A stretch of DNA of 64,000 bases from assembly GCA_965223545.1 (NCBI GenBank), contig OZ245006.1, positions 1,152,001 to 1,216,000 of the forward strand. Direction: 5' to 3'. Each line of letters begins with the position of its first letter. The stretch's first letter is position 1. Origin of the DNA: Planctomycetota bacterium (GTDB lineage: Bacteria > Planctomycetota > UBA1135 > UBA2386). Below the pieces are notes generated by a model, which searched no databases, was not told the DNA's origin, and saw nothing but the letters and a program-made list of their open reading frames with translations. Made by a program: the position numbers and the translations under genes. Positions 19,737 through 33,185 of the stretch are shown here, in pieces.

Positions 19737-21233
19737 TCAGTCGCCGCCGCCCAGGCCGTGCAGGCCCTCGGGGCCGAAGAGGATCGTCGGGGTGATGTGG
19801 AACTCGAGCGTGGTCTTGCGGGTCTGCTCGGAGGTCGAGCGGAACAGGAAGCCGAGGATCGGAATGTCTCCGAGGATCGGGAACTTGGTCTCGGTCTGGA
19901 AGGTGCTCTCGCTGACCAGGCCGCCGATCACGGTGGTCTTGCCGTCGGACAAGTGCACCGAGGTCATCGCCTCGCGGCTGGCGATGATCGGCGTCGGCAC
20001 CGGGGACGTGTTGGCGAAGCTGTTGACCGCCGAGACACTGGCGAACACCTGGAGAATCACCGTCTCGGTGCCGGCGATCACCGGCCGGATGTTGAGGTTG
20101 ATGCCGACCGGCTTGAACACGATGCTCGCCGAGACGTTCTGCCCCGACGACGTGATCCGCGCCTGCGGATAGGGCAGGTCGGTGGTCAGGGTCACCGACG
20201 CCAACCCGCCGTTGCGCACGGTCAGGCGCGGGTTGCTGACGACGTCCGCCGCGCCACGCGATTCGAGCACCTGCAGCTGGGCATCGAGTTGCCAGCTGTC
20301 GTGGATGCCCCCGAGCGAGAACAGGCCGCGGCCCTCGCTCGAGCCCGCGCCCACCACCGGCGGCGCCAACGGAAACCGCGAGATCAAGCTCTCGATCAGC
20401 TTGCCGGTCGAGGTGTTGGTCAGGGTCGGGCCGGAGATCGGCTGGCCCTTGTCGTCGCGGAACTGGTCGATGCCGATGCCGAAGAAGCTGTCGCTCGAGT
20501 ACTCGACGACCTTCACGTCGATCTCGATCTGCGGAACGTTGGAGAAGAACAGGTTGAGGGCGGCCTCGAACGCGCGCAGACCGGCAGGCGCCGCGGTCAC
20601 CAGAATCAAGCTGTTGCCCGGCCAAGTCTGCGGCACGACCGCGGTCTGGTTGACCTGGGCACGGATGTCGACGGCCTCGGGGTGCTCGAATCCGTCGAGG
20701 AACAAGAACTCGACCACGTGCTCCCCCAGCTGGCGGCCGAGGATGCTCTGCCCCGCGTGTCCGCCGCCGGCCAGGAAACGCTGCTTGCGCGGCGCTTGGT
20801 CCTGCTGCGGCTCGGTCAGCAAATTGAGCAAGACCTCGCCGGAGCGCTCGGCGATGAAGTACTGCTTGGCCACGCGCCCGTCGGCCCGCACCGAGATGTG
20901 GGAGCCGAACTCGGCGCGGAGCCGGGCGGCTTCGGTGTCCTGCCCAACGCCGTCCTGGGCGCCACCGGGCTCGGGCCACGCCGCCTCGACCGGCACCGGC
21001 CAAGCCGCCGCCACCGCGTCGACGTCGCCCGGCGCGGCGCCGGCGAGCGCCTGGCTCTGCGGATCGACGGTCGCCCGCACGCGGTAGCCCGCGCTGACTG
21101 GCTCGACCGGCACCACTTGGCAGGCTGCCAGCACGCAGCCGCACAACAGCACTGCCAGGCGGTGAGGCACAGCCGCAGCGCGCGGCGCGCCAATTCGGCG
21201 TTCGGGCCCTGCCTGCGCGTCAGGTACCGACAT
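19737..21233 (-). CDS. Secretin (GspD/PilQ superfamily), short lipoprotein form, copy B
   Basis: 'QIEIDVKVVE', 'SNPRLTVRNG', 'GKTTVIGGL', 'PILGDIPILGFLFRST'; lipobox-like 'VLAAC'. Confidence 0.88.
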   Translation of the reverse strand: MSVPDAQAGPERRIGAPRAAAVPHRLAVLLCGCVLAACQVVPVEPVSAGYRVRATVDPQSQALAGAAPGDVDAVAAAWPVPVEAAWPEPGGAQDGVGQDTEAARLRAEFGSHISVRADGRVAKQYFIAERSGEVLLNLLTEPQQDQAPRKQRFLAGGGHAGQSILGRQLGEHVVEFLFLDGFEHPEAVDIRAQVNQTAVVPQTWPGNSLILVTAAPAGLRAFEAALNLFFSNVPQIEIDVKVVEYSSDSFFGIGIDQFRDDKGQPISGPTLTNTSTGKLIESLISRFPLAPPVVGAGSSEGRGLFSLGGIHDSWQLDAQLQVLESRGAADVVSNPRLTVRNGGLASVTLTTDLPYPQARITSSGQNVSASIVFKPVGINLNIRPVIAGTETVILQVFASVSAVNSFANTSPVPTPIIASREAMTSVHLSDGKTTVIGGLVSESTFQTETKFPILGDIPILGFLFRSTSEQTRKTTLEFHITPTILFGPEGLHGLGGGD

Positions 21234-22692
21234 AGCTCCGCGGGCCTTGCACGATGCGAGGCGTGATGTGGAAATCGAGCGTGGTGCGCGACTGCGTCGT
21301 CGAGGTCGAGCGAAACAGATAGCCGAGGATCGGGATGTCGCCGAGGATCGGCACCTGTGCGGTCTGCTCGAACTCCTGGGTACTGACCAGTCCGCCGATC
21401 ACCGTGGTCTTGCCGCTGGCGACGTGTACCGACGTCACCACCTCGCGGTTGGACACGATCGGCGTGTTGACCGGCTGCGTGCTGGCAAAGCTCGTCACCA
21501 CCGAGATGTTGGCGTAGATCTGCAGGATCACCGTCTGCGTGCCGGCGATCACCGGCCGGATGTTGAGCGTCACGCCGACCGGCCGGAACTTGATGTTCGA
21601 GGTCACGTTCTGGCCGGAGGACGAGATGCTGGCGTCCGGGTACGGGAACTCGGTCCGGGTCACGATCGACGCCAAGCCGCCATTGCGCACCGCCAGCCGG
21701 GGGTTGCTGATGATGTCGGCCTCGCCCTGCGCCTCCAGCGCCTGCAGGTTGGCGGTCAGCTGCCAGCTGTCGTGGATACCGCCGAGCGCGACGATGCCGC
21801 GGTCGGCGATGCTGGCACTGCCGACCAGGGGCGCCGCCAGCGGGAACTGCGCCACGATCTCCTGCACCAGCTTGTTGTCGGACAGGTTGGTGAGGGTCGG
21901 TCCCGGCGGCACGGTGCTCACCGCCGGTGAGATGCCGAACGCGAGCGTGTCGCTGGTGCTGTACTCGACGACCCGCACCTCGATCTCGATCTGCGGAATG
22001 CTGCCGAAGAAAAGGTCGAGCGCGTCCTCGAACGCGACCAAACCCGCTTCGGGCGCGGAGACCACGAGGAGGCTGTTGGGCGTGCCGTCCTGCTGCTTCT
22101 CGGGCGCGCCGCTGATCGGCACGTTCTTGGCGGGGTTCGGTCCGCGAATCTGCACGCTGCGCGGCTTCTCGAAGTCGCGGACGAAGAAGATGTCCACCCG
22201 CTGCTCGCCCAACATCTCGGCGAGCACGCAGTCCGCCGCCTCGCCACCGCCGACCGCGACCGGGCCGTAGGTCGCCGGCAGCTTCTCGTGCTCCGGAGTC
22301 GCCAGGTGCTCCGCCGGCGGCCGCAGCAAGTTGAGCAGCATGCGACTGGTCTCGCCGGTGACGAAGTACTGCTTGGTGATGGTGCCGTCGGGAGCGATCA
22401 ACACCGAGGGTCCGAACTTGGCGCGCAGCGCGCTCGCGCGCAGTGGCCCGGTCCGGGCCGGATCCTGCGGACCGCGGTCAGTGGATTGCGCCGGCGGCAC
22501 CGCCGCCGGCGCCTCCCCCCAAACGCGCTCGGCGAGGCCGTGCACGGCGGGCACCGGCGCGTCGACGGTCGCCTCGACGTGATGCCGCAACGCCGGAGCG
22601 GGCGAGACGGTACACCCCGGGTGCAGGCACACACCCAGTGCCACCGCCGTCGGCCATCGACCGCGCCACACCCCGCCCATGGTGCGACCCAT
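21220..22692 (-). CDS. Secretin (GspD/PilQ superfamily), short lipoprotein form, copy A
   Basis: 'QIEIEVRVVE', 'SNPRLAVRNG', 'GKTTVIGGL', 'VPILGDIPILGYLFRST'; possible lipobox ending 'PGC'. Confidence 0.88.
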   Translation of the reverse strand: MGRTMGGVWRGRWPTAVALGVCLHPGCTVSPAPALRHHVEATVDAPVPAVHGLAERVWGEAPAAVPPAQSTDRGPQDPARTGPLRASALRAKFGPSVLIAPDGTITKQYFVTGETSRMLLNLLRPPAEHLATPEHEKLPATYGPVAVGGGEAADCVLAEMLGEQRVDIFFVRDFEKPRSVQIRGPNPAKNVPISGAPEKQQDGTPNSLLVVSAPEAGLVAFEDALDLFFGSIPQIEIEVRVVEYSTSDTLAFGISPAVSTVPPGPTLTNLSDNKLVQEIVAQFPLAAPLVGSASIADRGIVALGGIHDSWQLTANLQALEAQGEADIISNPRLAVRNGGLASIVTRTEFPYPDASISSSGQNVTSNIKFRPVGVTLNIRPVIAGTQTVILQIYANISVVTSFASTQPVNTPIVSNREVVTSVHVASGKTTVIGGLVSTQEFEQTAQVPILGDIPILGYLFRSTSTTQSRTTLDFHITPRIVQGPRSYVGT

Positions 22693-22704
22693 TGGCCGAC
22701 GATG

Positions 22705-23112
22705 TTAGGGCGTGCCGTCGTCGGACTCCAGCTGCTCGACGACTGCCTCGGTCAAGTCCGCGACCTCCAGCCCGCGCGCATCCTTGATGTCGCCGTCGCG
22801 GACGACACAGTCGTGCCCCTCGGCCTCGGCCGCTGCCTTGCAGGCGCGCTGGATGCGCTTGTGCATCTTGGCGATCAGCAGCTCGTAGCGCGCGGATCCG
22901 CGCCGCACCCCGTCGGACTTGATGGTGTCGTACTCCGGTGTCTCCTTCTCCACCTTGTCCATCTCGATGGTCGCCGGCCGCGACGTGTTGGACGCCGAGC
23001 CGTGCAGGACCACGGCACCGCTCTTGGTGCCCACCCCCTGCGCGGGAGCGAGGGCGCAGACCAGCGCCAGGGCCATGCCGATCGACACGATTCGAAAAGT
23101 GGGAGCTAACAT
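22705..23112 (-). CDS. Small exported protein resembling OmpH/Skp without the long coiled-coil arms
   Basis: Signal peptide 'MLAPTFRIVSIGMALALVCALAPA'. 'ATIEMDKVEKETPEY' and 'RIQRACKAAAEAEGHDCVV...DLTEAVVEQL' match the Skp N- and C-terminal core patterns. Confidence 0.55.
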   Translation of the reverse strand: MLAPTFRIVSIGMALALVCALAPAQGVGTKSGAVVLHGSASNTSRPATIEMDKVEKETPEYDTIKSDGVRRGSARYELLIAKMHKRIQRACKAAAEAEGHDCVVRDGDIKDARGLEVADLTEAVVEQLESDDGTP

Positions 23113-23201
23113 GGCGGTCGCTTGGGTTGTCTGGGAGCGGGGGTGAATCCCATCGGACACAGCTGAGCGTCAACAGCATCCGGCGAGGGGCAGAAAACCA
23201 G

Positions 23202-23216
23202 GCAAGATCAGTGCCT
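23202..23216 (-). promoter_or_regulatory. Sigma54 -24/-12 promoter
   Basis: Minus strand reads AGGCAC-TGATC-TTGC (GG-N10-GC; consensus TGGCAC-N5-TTGC), about 90 bp upstream of the mini-Skp start. Confidence 0.72.
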
Positions 23217-23333
23217 CGAGATTCCGCCAATCCCGACCGAACGATGGAACATCTTCCTTAGGAAGGAGTTCTGACTTCCGGCGCGTCTCTGACTTTTTTC
23301 GGTGGCGCATTTCTCGGTGCAGCGGGATCGCGA

Positions 23334-23364
23334 ATTCCGCCACAATCCGCCACGATTCCGCCAC
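23334..23364. promoter_or_regulatory. Tandem A(T/A)TCCGCCAC repeats, candidate upstream activator sequence
   Basis: Copies at 23334-43, 23344-53 and 23355-64, plus ATTCCGCCAA at 23221-30; 10-11 bp period; about 120-150 bp upstream of the -24 box. Confidence 0.5.
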
Positions 23365-23420
23365 CCGCGACTGTCGCGGTGCGATCGGTTCTTGGTTGCG
23401 GCCCCGGCCGCGCTGAGGTT

Positions 23421-26400
23421 TCAGGCTCCGCGCTGTGCACGGAGACGATAGCGCGCGCCGCGGCGGCGACCGACGCGCTCGAGGTCGCCGCGCGCCACGA
23501 GGCCGGCCAGGTCGCGCACGGCGGTCCGCGCGCTGACGCCGGAGAGCTGCATGTACTCGGCGCTGGTCAGCTCACCGCGGCTGCGCACCCACTCGAGTGC
23601 CATGGCGCGCCGCCCCTCGATCCCTGGCCCCGGAGTGGGAGCAGCAGGCTCCGCCGGCTCCTCCGACCCCGCCCCGGTCCGCGGCTCGGCGAGGTCTTGG
23701 CGGCCGGGCGGTCGCAGAGACCGCGACCCCTTCACTGGCGTTCCCTTCACCGACGATCCCGCGGCGGTCGCCCCGAGCGGCGACGGTGCGGGGTCTGCAG
23801 ACCGCCGCGCGTCGACGCGGCGCGCCTCCGGAGACGCAGCGGGCGCTTCCCCGTCCAGCACCCCGAGCAGATCTTCGCGACGGACCTGCGGACCGGTCGC
23901 GAGCACCATCGCGCGCAACACCGTGTTGCGCAGCTCGCGGACGTTGCCCGGCCAATCGTGCTGGAACAGCTCGTCGAGGGCGTCGGGATGGAACTCGGCG
24001 GCACTGGTGTAGCCCGCGCGCACCCCCTCGGCGTGGAACCGCGCCACCAGGTCGGGAATCTCCTGCTTGCGCGCGCGCAGAGGCGGCACGGTGATCACCA
24101 TGCCCTGCAAGCGGTAGTAGAGGTCCTCGCGAAAGCGCCCCTCGGCGACCAGCCGCCGCATGTCGCGGTTGGTCGCGGCGATCACGCGCACGTCGACCGG
24201 CACCGGCTCGAGCCCGCCGACGCGGTCGATCTCGCGCTCCTGCAGGACCCGCAGCAGCTTGACCTGCGTCTGCAGCGAGATCTCGCCGATCTCGTCGAGG
24301 AACACCGTGCCGCCGTCGGCGAGCTCGAACTTGCCCACCTTGGCCGCGGTCGCCCCGGTGAACGCGCCCTTCTCGTGGCCGAACAGCTCGGACTGCAGCA
24401 GACTCTCCGACAGCGCCGCGCAGTGCACCTTGACCAGTGGGCCTGCGGCGCGGCGGCTCATGCGGTGGATCAGCTCGGTGAGGACCTCCTTGCCGGTGCC
24501 GGTCTCGCCTTCCAAGAGCACGGTCAGATCGGTCGGCGCCACGCGCTGCAGGGTGCGCAGCACCGCCTGCATGGCCGGGCTGCGGAACACCACGCCGTGG
24601 CTCTCGAGCTCGGCGACGGCCCGCGGCGCCGCCTCCTCGTCGCTCGGCAGCACCGGGCTGCGCATCGCGTCGAACAAGAACTCGGCGCTGGCGGCGGTCT
24701 CGGGGAAGGCGGCCGCCGCGGTGTCGAAACGCAACCGGCCGCTGCCCTCGAACCCACTCGCGGCCAAGCGTTCGAGCTCTTCGCCGATCCGCGCGCGACA
24801 GCGCTCGGCCTCGGCGGCACCGGTGTCGGGCAGACCCGCCCAGAACTCCGCGTCGGCGGCCCGACCGAGCAGCGCCCCGGCCGGCAGTGCGCGCCGCAGC
24901 ACGGAGGCGACGTGCTCGAGCAACCGGCTGAAGCGGCGCGCCCCCAAGCTCTCGGCGAGGCGCCCGCCTTCGGACAGTGCGACCCCGACCAGCGCCACCG
25001 AGCCCCCCGATTCCCGCGCGCTGGACACCTGCTCCGCGATCCGCCGGCGAAAGTAGTCGGCGACGAACGCCCCGGTGTCGAGGTCTTCGACCGCGTGCCG
25101 ATACAGCCGCGCGTTCTCGAGCGCGACCGCTGCCTGGGCGGCGATCGTGGTCAGCAGCTCGAGGTGCACCGGCGGCGGCGTGTGTGCGTCGAACACCAAC
25201 ACCAGCGCCCCGCGACGGCGCGCGGCGAGCACCAAGGGCAGCACCAGGAGCGACCCCGCACCCGCCCAAAGGGCGTGCGGGGCGTCGCGGTCCAACACCA
25301 CACTGCACGGGCCGACCGCCGCCAGCACCGGCACCAGGTCCGGATCCTCGCGGTCGAGCTCGCCGTCGACCGCCCCGTAGCCCCGCACGGTGCCGCGGTC
25401 CGACTCGCGCAACACGGCGCACACGCGATCGGCATCGCTGTGCTGCGCGCAGAAACCGATCGCCCGGGTGACGATCTCGGCGGGGTCGAGCCGCTCGGTG
25501 ACGTCCTGGATCCCCCGGTTGAGGTGGCGGAGCTCCTGCATGCGGTCCTGCAGGTCATCTGCCATCAGGTTGAACGTGCGCGTCAACCGGCCGAGCTGCC
25601 CCCGCTCATCGCTCCGCACCCGCACGCCGAAGTCGCCGCGCCGCAGCGCCTGGGCGCCCCGTTCCAGCCGCTCGAGCGGCTTGGTGAGCCGCGCGGTGAT
25701 CACCGAAGCCAACAACACGGACAATGCCAGCAGCAGGCAGCCCACCGCGGCGAAGTACTCTCGCACCGGCACCGGCCCCAGGCGCAGCGGAAGCTCGGCT
25801 TGGCGATCCACGTCGACCACGCCCAACAGCGCGCGCGGCGTCTCCTCGAGGTCGCGCAGCACGTCGTAGACCGCCACCCAGGGCGCCGTGTCGGTCTCGT
25901 GTCGCGTGACCGTGGACTGGCCGTGATCGAGCGCCACCGCGAGCGCCTCGCGCCGGGCCTCCATCATCGCCGGCTGCACCGCGGTGTGCTCGAGTTGGCG
26001 CCGGCCCAGATCGGCGTCCGCCACCGCCAGCGGGTAGCCCCTGGTGTCGCAGAGCACGATGCCCCGGCCCGGCGCGAGGCCGCCGAGCAGGCCCTGGTCG
26101 AGGGGCCGCGCCACCGACAGCGAGCATCTGCCGCCGCCGGCCGCCTCGACCTCCCAACGCACGCCGAGCAGCGGGATCCCCCAGGTCACGTAGAACCCCG
26201 GCACCCGCCGCAGCGGGGTCTCCGCCGCGCGCAGGGCGGGATCACCGACGTAGGCGTGCACGCCGACCCCGTCCTCGGCGCTCACCAGCTCGAAGCGCAG
26301 GAAGCCGCCGTCCCACTCGGGCGGCTTCTGGCTGTCCATGATCGCCACCAGAGCATCGTGCAGGGCATCCCAGTCGACGGCGCCGTCCTCGCCGACCGGG

Positions 26401-29174
26401 GCGCCGGCCACCTCGGCGGCGAGCGGCTCGATCCACTGCCTGGCCGAGTCCAGCAGTTCGTTCTGCTCGTCCTGCAGCTGACGGGTCGCCGCCGACATCG
26501 CCTGCTGCATGGTGCCCTGTCGCTGCTCGTCGTGGCCACTCTCCAACACCGACACCAGGACCAGCGACAGGACGACGAGGGGCACGACCGTGCTGACGAT
26601 GAGCACGGCGATCAGCCGCGCGCGCAGGCTGCCGAGCACGCCGAGCAGATCGCCGAACAGCAACAGCAGCAATGGCGCTGACAGCAGGCACAGCACCGCT
26701 CCGAGGCGATGCACCCACCGCCGGTACTCGGTGTGGCCGGGATCGTCGAGGAACGCCGCCAGCACGGCGTCCGACCAGCCCTCGCCGACCAGCGGAAAAT
26801 AGGCCTCGTAGGCCCGCTCCGGCCCGGTGTCGACGGGCCGGAGCTCGAACGGTGTCGCTGCCAGGCGCCGCTCGAGCCCGCGCGGGAGGTTCATCGGCAC
26901 GCGCGCCACCGTGGTCTCTTGCAGCACACCGCCGCGGTAGATGGCGAACTCCGCTCCGCGCATCTGCTCCAGACGCCCGCGGGCCATCGCCACCGAACGG
27001 TTGTCCGCCGTGATCTCCAGCGGCGAATCAGGGGGCTCGACCCGCACCTGCGGCTTGGAGGCGCGGAACGTCGCCGAGCGAAAACGGATCGGGTAGCTCG
27101 CGGTGGTACTGCGCAGGCGAATCTCGCGCACCACCGCCGTGCTGTCGAGCTCGACCTCGTAGCCCAGCGTGATGCGCTGCTCCTGATCCTGGTCCTCCCA
27201 CCGCAACGCGACGCTGGCCGCCGCCGCGCTGGGCTCCGGGTCGATGTTGTGGGCCGCGAGCTCGAAGAACATCGACTCCTGGTGGGTGAAGGCGATGACC
27301 TTCGGCGGCACGGAGTCACCGGCAAAGTGCAGCTCGACCTCGCAGACCCGCTCCCCCACCAGCGGCAACGGCTTGTCGGCGCCGGGGAAGTCGGCGCGGT
27401 AGAACAGAAAGAGCCGCTCGAAGGACTGCGCGCGATCCCGCGCGATCGACAACACCCGCTCTTGACCCGGCGCGAGGAGCACGCCCGCGTCCTCGGGGTA
27501 CGGACCCCGCAAGCCGGTCTCCACGCCGCCCAACGAGGCCTGGCCCAGGTCGATCGCGCGCCCGACCGCGTCGCTCGCCGACGCCGTACTCAGCCCGACC
27601 AAGCCGACACCGTCGGCGCGCAGCGGAGTCAATCCCAGCGACTGCAGCGGCGCGGACAGCTCGAGGCGCACGGTGGTCATGTCGCGCTCGGGATGCCCCA
27701 GCGCAAACGCCGGAATCCACGGCCGACTGATCGGCAGCTCCTCGACGACCGGGTCCTCCTGGCCGGCGTACTGCAGCACGCAGCGCAGCGCCGCCGCCGA
27801 GTTGTCGACGCCGAAGGCCGGCGCCCACAGCACGACGTTGAGCACCGGCCCGCCCAGCGGCTCGCGGAACGCGATCCGCTCGAGCTCGTCGCCGCTCAGC
27901 GGCAGCCAGTACGGCCGCACCGGAAAGCCATCGACGGGGTAGTGGCGGACCGGCAACAGCTCCCCCGCGCCGACCAAGTCGGCGAGGGGCACGTGGGTCA
28001 CCACCTGCTTGCGCGGCACGGACTCGCCCGACAGCAGCCGCAGCAGCGGAGCATCGCGCTCGCCGCCTCGGTAGCTGCCGAGCGTTCCCTGCTCCATCGC
28101 CGGCAGCGCGGCGCGCACCCGCTCGGTCACCAAGCGCAGCTCGGTCTGCCGCGACAGCTCGCGCCCGTGCGTGAGCGCCGCGGGCAGCAGCAAGCCCAAC
28201 AACAGCAACAGACCGCCCGCGACCCGACACCAGCGGCCGAGCGCCGGCCGGCCGCGCACCGCGCGCCGCCCGACCCAGAGAACCACGACCGCGACGACGA
28301 CGGCGAGCAGCGCCCACGCCGCGCGCAGGAAGACGACGGTCCAGGTCGACCACCAGCTCGGCCGACTCTGGCCTGCGGCGGTCAACGGGGGCGCACCCGC
28401 GAAGCGCAACAGGCGCAGCTGTCGCACGTCGTCGACCGGGTTGGTGCCGGTCCAGGTGATGTAGTTGTAGCGGTCCGGATCGTCGCAGTCGTCGACCGCC
28501 AGGTTGAAGGCCACGCGCTCCGTGCCGGGCTCGAAACCGGGCAGACTGTGGAACGGGATCGCGGCCTCGAAGTCGTAGCCGCGTCCCTGACGCTCCAACG
28601 CCGCCACCCGGACTCCGGTCAACGCCGCTCCGCCGTAGTGCGGTGCCTCGCCGACCGCGCCCGACCACGCCACCAGCCCCCACGGCCGGCTGGGGTTGAG
28701 TGGCATCAGGAAGATCTGCAGGTCGTCCGCGTTGAAGCGGTGGCCGGCCTCCTCGCCCGCGTCGTTGTCGGGGTCGACATCCAAGAACAGCTCGACCGCG
28801 TCCCCTTGGTGCCAGTAGGACGACTTGCGCTGTCGCACCAGCTGGTCGTCGCGCACGCTGCCGGCCACGTAGAGGTGCGCCGCGTCGTAGCTCAGCCAGA
28901 AGGTCGCCGACAGGTCCTCGGGGCCGCGCCACGCGCCACCGCGCGAGTGCGCCACCCGGTCGCCGGCAGCGAGCTCCATCTTCCACGCCGCCGACCACTC
29001 ACCGTCGGTCAGATCGCCGTCGATCTGGACCGCCGCCGACTGCCACGGCAATCCTTTGGGCGGGGCCTGTCGCGGACTCTGCGCCGCGCCCTGCGCCGCC
29101 GAGGGGACAGCCAGCCCCAGAGCGAGCAGAGCGCGGGCGGCGCACCGGAACCAGGGAGCGTAGAGTGGATTCAT
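23421..29174 (-). CDS. Giant membrane-anchored sigma54-dependent activator: CBM9-like - TMs/extracytoplasmic domains - HAMP - GAF - degenerate GGDEF - AAA+ - wHTH
   Basis: CBM9/DOMON-like '[10 protein letters not shown]...[12 protein letters not shown]...GDAVELFLD'; about 5 TM segments; HAMP 'LTKPLERL...GDF...[13 protein letters not shown]'; GAF end '[13 protein letters not shown]'; GGDEF remnant 'GRAADAEF'; AAA+ 'GETGTGKE', '[10 protein letters not shown]', 'FLDEIGE', 'WPGNVREL'; DeoR-like '[12 protein letters not shown]'. Confidence 0.88.
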   Translation of the reverse strand: MNPLYAPWFRCAARALLALGLAVPSAAQGAAQSPRQAPPKGLPWQSAAVQIDGDLTDGEWSAAWKMELAAGDRVAHSRGGAWRGPEDLSATFWLSYDAAHLYVAGSVRDDQLVRQRKSSYWHQGDAVELFLDVDPDNDAGEEAGHRFNADDLQIFLMPLNPSRPWGLVAWSGAVGEAPHYGGAALTGVRVAALERQGRGYDFEAAIPFHSLPGFEPGTERVAFNLAVDDCDDPDRYNYITWTGTNPVDDVRQLRLLRFAGAPPLTAAGQSRPSWWSTWTVVFLRAAWALLAVVVAVVVLWVGRRAVRGRPALGRWCRVAGGLLLLLGLLLPAALTHGRELSRQTELRLVTERVRAALPAMEQGTLGSYRGGERDAPLLRLLSGESVPRKQVVTHVPLADLVGAGELLPVRHYPVDGFPVRPYWLPLSGDELERIAFREPLGGPVLNVVLWAPAFGVDNSAAALRCVLQYAGQEDPVVEELPISRPWIPAFALGHPERDMTTVRLELSAPLQSLGLTPLRADGVGLVGLSTASASDAVGRAIDLGQASLGGVETGLRGPYPEDAGVLLAPGQERVLSIARDRAQSFERLFLFYRADFPGADKPLPLVGERVCEVELHFAGDSVPPKVIAFTHQESMFFELAAHNIDPEPSAAAASVALRWEDQDQEQRITLGYEVELDSTAVVREIRLRSTTASYPIRFRSATFRASKPQVRVEPPDSPLEITADNRSVAMARGRLEQMRGAEFAIYRGGVLQETTVARVPMNLPRGLERRLAATPFELRPVDTGPERAYEAYFPLVGEGWSDAVLAAFLDDPGHTEYRRWVHRLGAVLCLLSAPLLLLLFGDLLGVLGSLRARLIAVLIVSTVVPLVVLSLVLVSVLESGHDEQRQGTMQQAMSAATRQLQDEQNELLDSARQWIEPLAAEVAGAPVGEDGAVDWDALHDALVAIMDSQKPPEWDGGFLRFELVSAEDGVGVHAYVGDPALRAAETPLRRVPGFYVTWGIPLLGVRWEVEAAGGGRCSLSVARPLDQGLLGGLAPGRGIVLCDTRGYPLAVADADLGRRQLEHTAVQPAMMEARREALAVALDHGQSTVTRHETDTAPWVAVYDVLRDLEETPRALLGVVDVDRQAELPLRLGPVPVREYFAAVGCLLLALSVLLASVITARLTKPLERLERGAQALRRGDFGVRVRSDERGQLGRLTRTFNLMADDLQDRMQELRHLNRGIQDVTERLDPAEIVTRAIGFCAQHSDADRVCAVLRESDRGTVRGYGAVDGELDREDPDLVPVLAAVGPCSVVLDRDAPHALWAGAGSLLVLPLVLAARRRGALVLVFDAHTPPPVHLELLTTIAAQAAVALENARLYRHAVEDLDTGAFVADYFRRRIAEQVSSARESGGSVALVGVALSEGGRLAESLGARRFSRLLEHVASVLRRALPAGALLGRAADAEFWAGLPDTGAAEAERCRARIGEELERLAASGFEGSGRLRFDTAAAAFPETAASAEFLFDAMRSPVLPSDEEAAPRAVAELESHGVVFRSPAMQAVLRTLQRVAPTDLTVLLEGETGTGKEVLTELIHRMSRRAAGPLVKVHCAALSESLLQSELFGHEKGAFTGATAAKVGKFELADGGTVFLDEIGEISLQTQVKLLRVLQEREIDRVGGLEPVPVDVRVIAATNRDMRRLVAEGRFREDLYYRLQGMVITVPPLRARKQEIPDLVARFHAEGVRAGYTSAAEFHPDALDELFQHDWPGNVRELRNTVLRAMVLATGPQVRREDLLGVLDGEAPAASPEARRVDARRSADPAPSPLGATAAGSSVKGTPVKGSRSLRPPGRQDLAEPRTGAGSEEPAEPAAPTPGPGIEGRRAMALEWVRSRGELTSAEYMQLSGVSARTAVRDLAGLVARGDLERVGRRRGARYRLRAQRGA

Positions 29175-29313
29175 CGACTGCGTGCACCCGCGGCGGGCGG
29201 TCGGAGCCCCCCGGGCTGGACCACTGCGCGGGGTGCGCGCGGCTCCGAGCACGCATCATAGCGGCGGCCGCGGCGCGCGTCGCGCCGCGGCCGCTCACCC
29301 GGTGCCGCGGCGC

Positions 29314-32298
<2,985 letters not shown>

Positions 32299-32699
32299 GT
32301 CTACTGTCTTGTTTGTGTTCCGAGCCGCTTCGCGGCCCGTGGCGCAACCGGACCCACATGGTCCCGGGCCACGCCCCTCATCGAAATGGGGTGCCGCCGA
32401 AAGCAGCCACCCCGTGTCACCCGACCGGCCAACGCCGGCACCGGGTCTTGCTTAGGGTTCCCGCGGCCAACAGGTTGCTTCAGAAAGTGCTTCGTCTCGC
32501 AACGGACTGCTGGGCCGCGAAGTGGGGTTGGGGAGCGAGGAGCACGTCAAGTGGCGGTCGCTTCGAGCGAGCGCGGCGTCGCGCTGCCCGCATCCCCGAG
32601 TCTCTGTGTTTTCTTCGTTGTCTTGTCTGTCTTGTCTTCGGTCTTCGGCACCGCGCAGCTCGAGCTCGCAAGCTCCCCGCGCCGTGGCGGAAGCCGCGG

Positions 32700-32969
32700 T
32701 CAGCGCCGCAGGCCGAGTCGTTTGACGACCTCGACGTAGCGGTCGTGTGCCGAACGGTTCAGGTATCCGAGCAGCTTGTTGCGCCGGTTGACCTTCTGCA
32801 GCAACCCTTGGCGCGAATGGAAGTCCTTGCGGTGCCGCTTCATGTGCTCGGTCAGCCGCTGGATGTCCTTGGTCAGCAACGCGATCTGCACCTCGGGCGA
32901 ACCGGAGTCCGCATCGTGCAGGCGGTAGTCGGAGATGAGCTGGGCTCGGGAGTGTTCGGCGAGAGTCAT
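32700..32969 (-). CDS. rpsO: 30S ribosomal protein S15
   Basis: 'DSGSPEVQIALLT', 'H.KDFHSRQGLL', 'LGLRR'; canonical rpsO-pnp order. Confidence 0.98.
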   Translation of the reverse strand: MTLAEHSRAQLISDYRLHDADSGSPEVQIALLTKDIQRLTEHMKRHRKDFHSRQGLLQKVNRRNKLLGYLNRSAHDRYVEVVKRLGLRR

Positions 32970-33185
32970 GCTGCGGGTTCCACAGGGTCAGAACCGACGG
33001 CCCAGGGCGACCGCGCGCCGACAAGCGAACGGCTCCCGGATCCGTGGTCGGGGCACTCCGAACGGCCGGAGCGCCACGGGAATGCGGCGGAGGATAGCGG
33101 CCACGGCGGCAATGTCGAGGACTAGTGGGGCGTCGCAGAAGTTCGCATGGAAAGTCCGCGCCCCTGGACGCCGCGCGCGGGCCCC

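Noticed and set aside
23379..29261. 1100-aa and 850-aa plus-strand ORFs
   Set aside because: Antisense to the bEBP gene, which carries all the recognisable motifs.
33120..33145. Intergenic ACTAG sites (also near 45193 and 59983) as IS scars
   Set aside because: No partner inverted repeat or shared flanking sequence found.
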